Virus record (IMG/VR): IMGVR_UViG_3300047201_000122
Coordinates: 1-52,781 of that record
Source of the DNA: a virus
Lineage: Duplodnaviria; Caudoviricetes
Direction: 5' to 3' (one strand)
Length of the DNA stretch: 52,781 bases
Under the pieces are notes generated by a model. The model made no database searches, was not told the DNA's origin, and saw only the letters and a program-made list of their open reading frames with translations. A program made the position numbers and the translations under genes. Below, in pieces: positions 1 to 9,388 of this stretch; positions within the stretch are counted from its first letter, which is position 1; each line of letters starts with the position of its first letter.

Positions 1-1
1 A

Positions 2-820
2 TATACTGGAGCTGACTATGAGCAATTAGGATTAGGAAGCAAACCAAAATTGGAGGCGTTAATCTTGAAATGGCTTGGACAAGTAGCCAGTTTAATCAAT
101 GCTAATCGTAATCGGGATATGATAATGGATTTAACCTTCGGAGATAGAAAGATAATTGATTATGGCATAAACCTCTGGGATGCTTATGAAGTTACAGGGG
201 TAGAGGTTACTATCGATAATGATAAGGAAGAACTTCCTGACTATGATACTTTCGCAATGAATAAAATAGAAATAGAAAATACTGTAATAGCTGAGACTGT
301 AATTGCAGGAAGAGATATTGATACTATCTTTCAGGATTTTTCTGATGCAAAACTATTGATGATTAAAGTTAAACCTTATAATTTAGTTATTGCTGGAGAT
401 TTGCAGTTGATATTGTACGGCGGAGAGAATTCAGAAACAATATTAAAGACTTTAGATTTTCCAGAATTAGAAGAATATGAATGGAAATTATGTAAATTTT
501 ATTTAGGGTGTGATGATACTTTAGCAGAAGTAAAGAGAATAGGAATTAAAATGATTGCTTCAATCGGTTCTTGTTTATGGGTATCTGACATAAGGAAGCT
601 GATTATTCCAGAAGGAATTACCAATATTGCTATGCGTGCGTGTGCGAATATGGTTATTTTAGCTTATACTCATAGGGAATCTCCTGTAATCAAAATAGAA
701 GGAATGGATGCTAAGCTTATGAAGGATGAAGTTCTAACTGCTCCTTTGAAAAATGAATTGAAGCAGTATGGAGCGAAACCAAGTTTTAGATTTACAAGGG
801 TGGAAAGTCTTGATGATTAA
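2..820 (+). CDS. Head-tail connector/adaptor (gp6/gp15-like), 3' part; gene begins at 52733 across the circular junction; carries a ~150-aa internal insertion
   Basis: Frame open from nt 2 (YTGADYEQLGLGSKPKLEALILKW...). Joins MARKLYYSTVDEVLEY at 52733 if the 5-nt ATATA overlap is collapsed. C-terminus IPEGITNIAMRACANMV is typical of connectors; lies between capsid and neck genes. Confidence 0.75.
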   Translation, partial: YTGADYEQLGLGSKPKLEALILKWLGQVASLINANRNRDMIMDLTFGDRKIIDYGINLWDAYEVTGVEVTIDNDKEELPDYDTFAMNKIEIENTVIAETVIAGRDIDTIFQDFSDAKLLMIKVKPYNLVIAGDLQLILYGGENSETILKTLDFPELEEYEWKLCKFYLGCDDTLAEVKRIGIKMIASIGSCLWVSDIRKLIIPEGITNIAMRACANMVILAYTHRESPVIKIEGMDAKLMKDEVLTAPLKNELKQYGAKPSFRFTRVESLDD

Positions 821-1613
821 ATATGATTATTGTCCTATATGCGAAAGTAAGGATATAAAAATAATAAAAGAAGAAATTTATCAATATCCTAAATCCGAAG
901 GTATTGGTTGGGAAGAAATAATCAATACGAGATTAAGAAAATTATTTGATGTTATTTTAAAGAGCAGGGAAGAAATAATCTTTAATGTTTTTAAATGTAA
1001 TAAATGTAGTTTTATCTTTCGGATGCCGAGATTAAATGAGGAAGAAATAAATTCAAAATACAATTTAGATAATAAAGGGTTACCATATTTTTGGCCTATT
1101 AAAAGACCACCAGATAAGACTATTCCTATTAGAGAAGAGAGAATATATCAAATTATAAAGAAATATGGCAAAGGAATAGATTTACTTGATATTGGTGGTT
1201 GTGATGGAGCAATGTGTAGAAGGTTAAAAGATGAATATAAATGTTCTATTATTGATAAAGTAACTTATGAAAAGATTGGTAATATTGTTCATCTTGGAGA
1301 TGACATAGGAAATAATAATATAAAATATGATGTAATAATGATGGTACATATTTTAGAACATCTTTCTTATCCTCTGGAATTTTTGGAGAAATATAAAAAT
1401 TACCTAAAAAAAGATGGGATATTGTTAGTTGCTACCCCCAGAGGATATATTAAAGAATGGAATGTTTGGAATGATCCGACTATGCACTGTAATTATTTTA
1501 GTATGGAGACATTAAAAAAAGCTATTATCACAGCAGGATATAAGACAATATATGATATTGAATATGATAAGGATTACGAAGAATTATATGTGGTAGGTAA
1601 ATCAAATGATTAG
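813..1613 (+). CDS. Class I SAM-dependent methyltransferase with N-terminal Zn ribbon
   Basis: CPIC...CNKC Zn ligands; motif I LLDIGGCDG; YDVIMMVHILEHL; LKKDGILLVATP. Likely start ATG 813 (ORF track starts at 768). Confidence 0.85.
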   Translation: MIKYDYCPICESKDIKIIKEEIYQYPKSEGIGWEEIINTRLRKLFDVILKSREEIIFNVFKCNKCSFIFRMPRLNEEEINSKYNLDNKGLPYFWPIKRPPDKTIPIREERIYQIIKKYGKGIDLLDIGGCDGAMCRRLKDEYKCSIIDKVTYEKIGNIVHLGDDIGNNNIKYDVIMMVHILEHLSYPLEFLEKYKNYLKKDGILLVATPRGYIKEWNVWNDPTMHCNYFSMETLKKAIITAGYKTIYDIEYDKDYEELYVVGKSND

Positions 1614-2061
1614 CGTTGAGATAGACCAGGAACAACTTAATAGAATAATGCAAATCCCTTTAAAGGCAAGTAAGAAAGCTTTTAAATATTTAATTACAGA
1701 AGTATGGGGAGGAATGAGAGAAGAGCCACCTGTCCAACACGGAAGATTAGCAGGTAGTTTTGATTTTGACCCCAGCACACTAAAAGATTTTGAAGCTCAT
1801 ATCGTTAGTGGTGTAGAATATGCTGCACACGTAGCTTTTGGAACTGGACTTTATGGACCGTGGAAGCAAGAAATTGTTATTTATCCGAGAATAAAAAAGT
1901 GTCTACATTTTATCTGGCAGGGGAAAGAAATATTTACCAAGAGGGCAGTGGTAAAAGGTATGCATCCTAATCCTTATCACGAGAGGGCAATAAAAAGAGG
2001 AGAAGATAGGATTGATGAATTTTGTGCCAGAGCATTAAGAGAAACAGAACAGGGGGTTTAA
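1606..2061 (+). CDS. HK97 gp10-like neck/tail-completion protein
   Basis: PVQHGRLAGS, VEYAAHVAFGTG and VKGMHPNPY motifs; synteny. Confidence 0.8.
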   Translation: MISVEIDQEQLNRIMQIPLKASKKAFKYLITEVWGGMREEPPVQHGRLAGSFDFDPSTLKDFEAHIVSGVEYAAHVAFGTGLYGPWKQEIVIYPRIKKCLHFIWQGKEIFTKRAVVKGMHPNPYHERAIKRGEDRIDEFCARALRETEQGV

Positions 2062-2062
2062 T

Positions 2063-2530
2063 ATGGAAGAAAAATATTTTAGTGAAGCAATTGAAGAGAT
2101 TTTAAATGCTATTCAAACTAAGTTAGAAAATGCTACTCAAGACGGAGAATTATTACAGGATGTAAAGGTAATAATAAGAGGAGACAGAACATCAGTTAAA
2201 CCAGTTACTCCTGCTATCTGGATATTTTCTGGAATAGCAGTTCCCTCGCCTGCGACATTACATACTATTGTGGAAAGGTGGGAATTAGATGTACAAATAA
2301 TAAGCGTAGCCTATAATATCAAGACAGAAGAAGGTTATAAAAATGCGAATGATGTTGCAGCCAGGGCAAAAAGGATATTATTAAAGGATAGGACTTTAGG
2401 ATTCGGACACGGGACTTTTTTCGCAGACATAAGAAGCAAATCATTTGACTGTTCAAATCCTGCCTTTGCAAATGGAAATTTTTATTCAGCAATATATACT
2501 GCAACCGCAGTTTTCTGTATTCGGGAGTGA
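2063..2530 (+). CDS. Putative tail terminator protein
   Basis: 155 aa between the gp10-like gene and the tail tube; ILLKDRTLG motif. Confidence 0.6.
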   Translation: MEEKYFSEAIEEILNAIQTKLENATQDGELLQDVKVIIRGDRTSVKPVTPAIWIFSGIAVPSPATLHTIVERWELDVQIISVAYNIKTEEGYKNANDVAARAKRILLKDRTLGFGHGTFFADIRSKSFDCSNPAFANGNFYSAIYTATAVFCIRE

Positions 2531-2534
2531 ATTT

Positions 2535-3092
2535 ATGAACAGATTAGATAGAAATCAGTATATGGGAAAGTGGCGAAAGAAGAATAAAGAAGAATGGTCA
2601 AAGTATAATAGTAAATGGAAACAAGAGAATAAAGATAAAGTTAAAAAACATAATAAGAAATATTATCAAGAAAATAGTAATAAAGTATTAGAATTAAATA
2701 AACAATGGCGGAAAGAAAATAAAGAATATTTTTTAAAATATATGGAAGGATATTATATAAATAATAAAGATGGGAGGAAAGAATGTATAAAAAAATATAA
2801 TAAAACAGAAAATGGGAAAGCAACTAAACAAAGGGCTACTTATAAAAGACGAATTAAAATAAAAAATATTATTAATACCTTAAACTCTCAAGAATGGTTA
2901 GATATATTAGAAGCATATAATTATAAATGTGCCTATTGCGATGTAGAATTCGATTGTGAAAATTTACCTACCAAAGACCATATTATACCTATAAGTAAGG
3001 GCGGAGATAATATGAAAGAAAATATAGTCCCTGCTTGTAGAAGTTGTAATTCAAAGAAAAATAATAAAATATTATCAAAAGAAAGGAGATGA
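2535..3092 (+). CDS. HNH homing endonuclease, family A (K/W/Y-rich N-terminal repeats + Zn-HNH)
   Basis: CAYC...TKDHIIPISKGGDNMKENIVPACRSCNSKK; ATG 2535 follows GGGAGTGA. Confidence 0.9.
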   Translation: MNRLDRNQYMGKWRKKNKEEWSKYNSKWKQENKDKVKKHNKKYYQENSNKVLELNKQWRKENKEYFLKYMEGYYINNKDGRKECIKKYNKTENGKATKQRATYKRRIKIKNIINTLNSQEWLDILEAYNYKCAYCDVEFDCENLPTKDHIIPISKGGDNMKENIVPACRSCNSKKNNKILSKERR

Positions 3093-3099
3093 TTTTACG

Positions 3100-4104
3100 A
3101 TGACAGAGCCAAGACGTTATGCTGGGTTTGCGGAAGAAGCTATTTTTAATCCTGCTACCGCACCAGAAGCGGTATTCCATATTGATATTGCATCAGCCTC
3201 TCTTGATGTTCCTTCTGATCCTAACTTACATTTTGAAGGTGGTATGAGCAGAGGAAGGAAAATAATCAGACCGGGATATTACGTTCCCGCGGGGAATATT
3301 GTTTACGCTATTGATATCAGGTCAATAGGATATTTCTTTAAATGGGCATTAGGTTTATATAAATTTACTGAAGGAGAAGGAACTAATACCCACGAAATAT
3401 ATCCGACAGAGGATATAGTATTACCTTCTTATACGGTAAGGTTAGGTAAGGATAACTTTGAACACGTATTTAGAGGTTGTGTAATGAATAGTTTGGAACT
3501 AAAAATAGAAGACAATTTCATATTTGCTACATTAGATAATATTGGAGCAAAAGACACTAAAGCGACCTTAAAAGAAATCGCTGCTTTAACTTTATTTAAT
3601 GAAAATAACTTGACCTTTATTGACGCTTCTCTTGCTTTAGGAGATGCAGTTAATTATAACTGTAAAATAAAAGGATTAACCCTCTCTATTACTAATGGAG
3701 CAAATGCAGCAGCAGGAAAGGGAATAGGTTCAAGGCATCCTTGCCGAATACCAGTGGGGAATAGAAACATAGATATTAAAGGCAATTTGTGGTTTGAAGA
3801 TGGTGTCGAATATGCTAAATTCTGGGGTGCGGCAGGCGGAGTTAGTGCAACCGGAAGTATTTCTGAATTGATGATTATTACCATTGATTCAGGAGCGGAT
3901 GGTAGTATGGAATTAAAGTTACCTGCATTAGTATATACCGATTTAAAAACACCGCCATCAGGAAGAGGAGAAATTGTGCAAGCGTTTAGTGGGGTAGCTT
4001 TGATAGATACCATTGCTCTTGCCGATGATACTGAAATAGAAGCTGAATTGTTAGTAACTATAGAAAACAAAAATGACGATATGGATGAAGATATTATATC
4101 TTAA
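3100..4104 (+). CDS. Major tail tube protein
   Basis: 334 aa, beta-rich; SYTVRLGKD...FRGCVMNSLEL; precedes chaperone and tape measure genes; no sheath gene seen. Confidence 0.8.
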   Translation: MTEPRRYAGFAEEAIFNPATAPEAVFHIDIASASLDVPSDPNLHFEGGMSRGRKIIRPGYYVPAGNIVYAIDIRSIGYFFKWALGLYKFTEGEGTNTHEIYPTEDIVLPSYTVRLGKDNFEHVFRGCVMNSLELKIEDNFIFATLDNIGAKDTKATLKEIAALTLFNENNLTFIDASLALGDAVNYNCKIKGLTLSITNGANAAAGKGIGSRHPCRIPVGNRNIDIKGNLWFEDGVEYAKFWGAAGGVSATGSISELMIITIDSGADGSMELKLPALVYTDLKTPPSGRGEIVQAFSGVALIDTIALADDTEIEAELLVTIENKNDDMDEDIIS

Positions 4105-4117
4105 CCTATCGAAGTAT

Positions 4118-4165
4118 AAAGGGGCTTCAAATAAGTAGGAAATTCTTCCAAATTGAAGCCTCTTT
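4118..4165 (+). terminator. Hairpin after the tail tube gene (terminator or HNH leader element)
   Basis: AAAGGGGCTTCAA/TTGAAGCCTCTTT stem with an inner GGAA/TTCC stem and an A-AGUA-containing internal loop. Confidence 0.55.
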
Positions 4166-4200
4166 GAAGGTTAATTGTAAAAGTTTGTTAGGAGAGAATT

Positions 4201-4761
4201 ATGTTTGATAGAAAAACATATAATAAACAATGGTTAAAAGATAACCCAGAATATAAAAAAAATTATTATCAAAAAAATAAAGGAAAAATATCAATACAAT
4301 TTAAAAAACAGTATAAGGATAATCCAGAATATCATAAAAAAAATAATAAAAAATGGAGAAAAAATAATTCAGAATATATAAAAGAATATAATAATAAATA
4401 TAATATAAATAATCCTGAATATAAAAAAGAATATTATCGAAAAAACATAAAGAATATTTTAGAAGGTTGTAGAAAATATTATAAAACAGAAAAAGGAAAA
4501 GCATCTGACCAAAGAAAGCGTTTTAAAAGAAGAGCAAGAGAAAAAGAAATAATTAATACTTTGACAGCAAAAGAATGGTTAGATATTCTCAGACAGCATA
4601 ATTTTAAATGTATTTATTGTGGAAAAGATTTATTTGACTTATTTAATAAACCTACCAGAGACCATATAATTCCTATAAGTAAGGGAGGGAATAATACAAA
4701 GGAAAATATCGTTCCCGCTTGTAGAAGTTGCAATAATAGAAAATATAATAAAATACTATAA
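4201..4761 (+). CDS. HNH homing endonuclease, family A
   Basis: NPEY repeats; CIYC...TRDHIIPISKGGNNTKENIVPACRSCN. Confidence 0.9.
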   Translation: MFDRKTYNKQWLKDNPEYKKNYYQKNKGKISIQFKKQYKDNPEYHKKNNKKWRKNNSEYIKEYNNKYNINNPEYKKEYYRKNIKNILEGCRKYYKTEKGKASDQRKRFKRRAREKEIINTLTAKEWLDILRQHNFKCIYCGKDLFDLFNKPTRDHIIPISKGGNNTKENIVPACRSCNNRKYNKIL

Positions 4762-4779
4762 ATGAAGGAGTTTTGAAAA

Positions 4780-5214
4780 ATGACAGAAACCAAAATATCA
4801 ATCAAAGAACGGATACTTAAAGGAAAGGAATATACCGAAAAAATAATAATTAAAGAATTGGGTGGAGAAATAGAGATTAGACCATTAACCGAAGAACAAT
4901 GGGCGACTATTAGCACCAGGGCAATGAGGTCAGCGAAAACTGAATTCACTCCAGTAATAAATAAGAAAGGGGAAGTAGATAAAGACAAGACCAGAGAAAC
5001 GATTAGATTTAGTGTCGATGTAGAAACAATCAATAAAGCAAATTTTGAGAAAAATGTGTTAACTTGTCTTTATGGAATAGTAGAAGAAGGATTAACTGAA
5101 CAGGAATTAAGGAATATATCCCCACCAGGCATAATCGAAAAGATTGCAAAGGAAATATTCAAAGTTAGTGGGATTGGAGAAGAGCAGTTGAAGGAACTGC
5201 AATTTTTTCGCTGA
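4780..5214 (+). CDS. Tail assembly chaperone (gpG-like)
   Basis: GEIEIRPLT motif; between tail tube and tape measure; ends at CAA TTT TTT CGC TGA. Confidence 0.75.
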   Translation: MTETKISIKERILKGKEYTEKIIIKELGGEIEIRPLTEEQWATISTRAMRSAKTEFTPVINKKGEVDKDKTRETIRFSVDVETINKANFEKNVLTCLYGIVEEGLTEQELRNISPPGIIEKIAKEIFKVSGIGEEQLKELQFFR

Positions 5215-5362
5215 AAGCGATGAAGGTCAAGAGTTAATTATTTTCCATATTTCTGGGATACGATTTATAGATAAATTTCAAGATATGACTATTGCACAAA
5301 AGATATTTTTCAGATTAGCTTATGAGGAATATAATAGAAAAGTGCAAAAGGAGAACAATTAA
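5210..5362 (+). CDS. Frameshift extension of the tail chaperone (gpT-like, 50 codons, +1/-2 frame)
   Basis: Open frame AESDEGQELIIFHISGIRFIDKFQDMTIAQKIFFRLAYEEYNRKVQKENN* fills the gap; its TAA overlaps the tape measure ATG. Confidence 0.65.
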   Translation, partial: AESDEGQELIIFHISGIRFIDKFQDMTIAQKIFFRLAYEEYNRKVQKENN

Positions 5363-7659
5363 TGGCTTCTATAATGGAAGTTATAGTAAAAGGGATAGAT
5401 GAAATAACTCCCGTAATAAATAAAGTAAGTAGCGAAACTGCGAAAGTTAATGCCGAGATGCAGAAAAATTGGACTACAACAGGAAAACAAATGCAGGGGG
5501 TAGGAATAGCCTGCACCGCCTTAGGTGCTGGGATAGAATTATTAGCCAGAAGTAATGCCCCATTAATAGAATTAACTCAAAGATTAGCGAGCAATTTAGG
5601 AATAACTGAAAAAGCAATGCGGGATTTAGTTATTTCAACTTCTGATGTTACCTTACCTTTAAATGAAGTTCTTACTCTTATGGATTTAGGAACGAAGCAG
5701 GGTTTAGAAAGTGCAGAAGCATTAAAAGAGTATGCTTTATTTTGGGATATGGTAGGAGATGCTACCGGAGAAAGTTCAACCGCTTTAGCTGGAGCAGGAG
5801 TTGCTTTGAAGGCTTTAGGAATTACCGCAGGAGAAGAAGGTCAAACTTTATCTGCTTTTGGATTTATTCAAAAAAATACCACAATGCAGTTAAGCGAATT
5901 CATTAATATGGTAGGTAGATTAGGACCGCAAATGCGGGCAATGAATATGGATATAAATGATGCAGCTATAATAATGGGAATTCTACAACAAGAATTTGGT
6001 ATGACTGCCAGAGTATCGATAGCAGAATTTAGAAAAGCAGTTACTGAATCAGGTGGAGATATAGAGAAATTAAAGACATCATTAGGAATAACTTCAGAAA
6101 TGTTTTCTACCTATACCGCAAAGTTGGAAGAGAGTTCAACTGTAATAAAAGAAAACTCAGATAGACACGCTGAACTTTCTACAAATGTACAAAAATTACA
6201 GCATTGGTTGTCAGAATTAAAATATGGATTTAGTAATACTATCGCATCGGCAGCAGGATTCGCACCATTACTTACCGGAATAGGCTCGGCAATGACTATA
6301 TTGGGAACTATAATGAAAACCCAATTATATGCTAATCTAATGTTATCTATTCAAGGAATACAAGCGATGGGAATAAGCGTATTAGGGTTAGTAGCTAATT
6401 ATGCTATGGCAGGAGTTGCTCTTGCTATTTGGGTTAAGGTTTATCAAGGGGTAATCCAAGTAATAAATGATGCTAAAATAATTAGAGAAGCGGAAGCTGC
6501 ATCAATAATAGCTCAAGCTGATGCTAATGATAAACTACAAAAAGCTTATAATTTAACTTCAGAAGAAATGATAAAAGTTAATCAAAATTTAAAAGATGGA
6601 AAAAATAGTCTTGATGGGATAAGAGAACCTATGGATGTGGTTACTACCTCAACCGTTGCTCTTGGAACATCAGCAGGGGAAGCGACGCCAATCTTGGATG
6701 AGTTCGGAAATGCTATCGAAGGAGTAGGCACAAAGGCAGCCGCGGTCCCAGCTAAATTAGATGAAGTTCATAAAGTCTGGGATGAGTTTGGTAGAAAAGC
6801 TAATGAGGTAACGTTAGAATGGACGGAATCTTTTGATGATTGGGCTGCCAGAATGGACGAGAATAGAAAAAAAGTAGTAGCAGCAGCAAAAGAAACATTC
6901 GGAGCTTATACTGATGCAATGAAACCTGTAAAGGATAGAATAGATGAATTAACACTTTCAGAAGGAGAGTATGCTCTAAAGATATTAAATACAACTGATG
7001 CATTGAAGGAAAGAAGGAAAGAATTAGAAAGTAATGTTAAAGCAGCGGATTTGTCCGCGGAAGAAGAAAAAAAAGCAATGGAAGATATAGCTGAATGGTA
7101 TGACCTTGAGATAACTGAAATATTAAAAAAATTAAAAGAGAAGAGAGATGCATTAATAGCGACAGCGAAGCAAGCGGGTTCAAGTGCTTCAGTAGAATAT
7201 GCAGCCATAAAAAAGATTACTGATGCTTATAATAACCAGATAGGAACATTAGGAGCATTAGCATCAGCAAAAGCGAAAGCGGCAGCCACTGCGGCAACTA
7301 AAATATATAAAGTTGTAGATAAAGAAGGAAACATTCTTGGACTCAGAAGTCAAAATATACTCAGTAAAGCGGAAAGCGATGCAGGAATTAAATTAATAGC
7401 TATGCATTCAGGTGGGCAGGTGAGAACTACCATTCCAGGTGGAGAAGGTTTAGCTCTTTTAAAAGATGAGGAAATAGTTAGAACTCCCAAAGAAGAAAAT
7501 GGAAAAAGCAATCAGATTAATTTAGTAATTCAAGAAGGGGCTTTCAAATTTACTGGTAGTAAGATAGATGAAAGTTCAATTAAGAATTCAGGTAAAATAA
7601 TATTTGACGAATTTATTAGCCAATGTAGAGCACATAACATTATATTGGCAAGAGGATAA
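5362..7659 (+). CDS. Tape measure protein
   Basis: 765 aa, Ala/Gly-rich helical with hydrophobic stretches; C-terminal MHSGG...LALLKDEEIV motif; synteny. Confidence 0.9.
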   Translation: MASIMEVIVKGIDEITPVINKVSSETAKVNAEMQKNWTTTGKQMQGVGIACTALGAGIELLARSNAPLIELTQRLASNLGITEKAMRDLVISTSDVTLPLNEVLTLMDLGTKQGLESAEALKEYALFWDMVGDATGESSTALAGAGVALKALGITAGEEGQTLSAFGFIQKNTTMQLSEFINMVGRLGPQMRAMNMDINDAAIIMGILQQEFGMTARVSIAEFRKAVTESGGDIEKLKTSLGITSEMFSTYTAKLEESSTVIKENSDRHAELSTNVQKLQHWLSELKYGFSNTIASAAGFAPLLTGIGSAMTILGTIMKTQLYANLMLSIQGIQAMGISVLGLVANYAMAGVALAIWVKVYQGVIQVINDAKIIREAEAASIIAQADANDKLQKAYNLTSEEMIKVNQNLKDGKNSLDGIREPMDVVTTSTVALGTSAGEATPILDEFGNAIEGVGTKAAAVPAKLDEVHKVWDEFGRKANEVTLEWTESFDDWAARMDENRKKVVAAAKETFGAYTDAMKPVKDRIDELTLSEGEYALKILNTTDALKERRKELESNVKAADLSAEEEKKAMEDIAEWYDLEITEILKKLKEKRDALIATAKQAGSSASVEYAAIKKITDAYNNQIGTLGALASAKAKAAATAATKIYKVVDKEGNILGLRSQNILSKAESDAGIKLIAMHSGGQVRTTIPGGEGLALLKDEEIVRTPKEENGKSNQINLVIQEGAFKFTGSKIDESSIKNSGKIIFDEFISQCRAHNIILARG

Positions 7660-7661
7660 AT

Positions 7662-8009
7662 ATGGATATAAGTCTGGGAATTTTAGGAAACGAAACCACT
7701 TTTGAATATGCCTTAATAGATTATGGTTATCAATTACAGGGGACAGTTCATACCACTCCAAGCGGAGCTAAAAGGGTGCAGTATGCTAAAGAGGATAAAT
7801 ACCTCTTTAATATAAAACTAACTTATGTTACCGATGAAGTCTGGGACGATTTAATGATAGAAGTGAATAATAGTAAAGAAAATGACCTTAATTTAATAAT
7901 CGGAGAAGATAATTATACGGTTAGAATTGTACCCGAAACAATACCGAAAAAACCTATCATAGGGACTGCGGAAGGATACGATATTAGCTTTAATCTGATA
8001 GAAGTATAG
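7662..8009 (+). CDS. Distal tail protein (Dit-like)
   Basis: 115 aa immediately after the tape measure gene; ends ISFNLIEV. Confidence 0.6.
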   Translation: MDISLGILGNETTFEYALIDYGYQLQGTVHTTPSGAKRVQYAKEDKYLFNIKLTYVTDEVWDDLMIEVNNSKENDLNLIIGEDNYTVRIVPETIPKKPIIGTAEGYDISFNLIEV

Positions 8010-8020
8010 AGGTGTAATAA

Positions 8021-9388
8021 ATGCAAGATTTGAAGGGTTTAGTGGTAAAAGATTTTGAAAAATCCGCAACAATAGTTTTAGGTAAAGCGGAAATTGATAT
8101 TGATGGAACAGGTAATTTTGTTGAATTGCAGGATGTTAAAACCTTTAATATTCAATCGAATATAACTAATATCTTTCAAAATACCTGTGCAATATCTTTT
8201 AATATTAATCTTCTTAATACTAAAGACCGTTATTCTTTTTACGATAAAGGTGCAAGTTGTTATGGTTATATTAAAGAAGGCAGGAATGTAAGGTTATATT
8301 TGGGAGCAAGATTAAAACCCGAAGTAGGAGAATTTGATGATTATTACTGGAGTTGGATATATGGAATAATAGATAAAGCTGATATGCAATATAGCGAATC
8401 AGGAGAGATATGTAATATAAGTGGTAGGGATTATATCGCTTATTTATCTGAAACCTATTTAAAAAAGATATGGTGGGGTAAAAATAAAAAATATGATATT
8501 GTAGCAGACCAAGAGCATTATGTAATGGAAGATGATTGTAAAGGAATTTATCGAGCTTTTTTAGATGATTCGGGAATAGGAACAGGATTCAGAGAAATAT
8601 GGCTTAACAGTGAATGGACTTATGATTGGGATATTAATGAATTTGTTTTTCTGAAACCGAATGTCCCCAAAGTGGGTGGAGTAGGTTGTCTATGGCTATA
8701 TTATTTTACTCCTCAAGTAGTTGAAAATGTTGTGGCTGACCTATTGACGGAAGTAGGGATATTGAATTTATCAGAAAGATTTTTATGGTTAAACAATCCT
8801 AATTTATGTATCCCTACAGGAAAAGAGATTGATAGGGTATGGTTTGATTCAGGAACTTCCTATATTAGAGCACTGGATATGCTAACTGAAACGGTGTTAT
8901 ATAGATTTTATATTAATGGAAATAAAGAACCTTGCTTTAAACCAGCACCACCTGAATTAAGTGAAACAATTAAAAGGATTGATGATAATGAATATCTTAT
9001 CAGGAAAACAGAAGAGAGATTGGACGAACTTTATAATCATTTTATCATCAATGGTGAAAAAAGAGAGATGAGAAGGAATTGGTTATCAGTAATGGCCTAT
9101 TCCTCTATCTATAATCTAACTGAAACAAGCGGGAAATTTAGAGGAGCAGTTACTGACGATGGTGGGAATCTGGTAACCAAGAGAGGTTTTATATGGCAAA
9201 CTGGAGAAGAAGCGGAGCAGACTTGGAATGAAGCAGGAGCGGATTTAGGCATCGGATACTTTGAGCATATTATAACTGATTTAACTCCTGATACTAATTA
9301 TAAATTTCAAGCCTTTGCAGAAGATGACAAAGGCAATAAGAGATATTCATCTTGGTATTATTTTAGAACAGAAGAGGAGTTATCATAA
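8021..9388 (+). CDS. Baseplate hub/tail tip protein (N-terminal part) with C-terminal FN3-like domain
   Basis: ISGRDYIAYL hub motif; DGGNLVTKRGF...ITDLTPDTNYKFQAFA FN3-like end. Confidence 0.65.
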   Translation: MQDLKGLVVKDFEKSATIVLGKAEIDIDGTGNFVELQDVKTFNIQSNITNIFQNTCAISFNINLLNTKDRYSFYDKGASCYGYIKEGRNVRLYLGARLKPEVGEFDDYYWSWIYGIIDKADMQYSESGEICNISGRDYIAYLSETYLKKIWWGKNKKYDIVADQEHYVMEDDCKGIYRAFLDDSGIGTGFREIWLNSEWTYDWDINEFVFLKPNVPKVGGVGCLWLYYFTPQVVENVVADLLTEVGILNLSERFLWLNNPNLCIPTGKEIDRVWFDSGTSYIRALDMLTETVLYRFYINGNKEPCFKPAPPELSETIKRIDDNEYLIRKTEERLDELYNHFIINGEKREMRRNWLSVMAYSSIYNLTETSGKFRGAVTDDGGNLVTKRGFIWQTGEEAEQTWNEAGADLGIGYFEHIITDLTPDTNYKFQAFAEDDKGNKRYSSWYYFRTEEELS

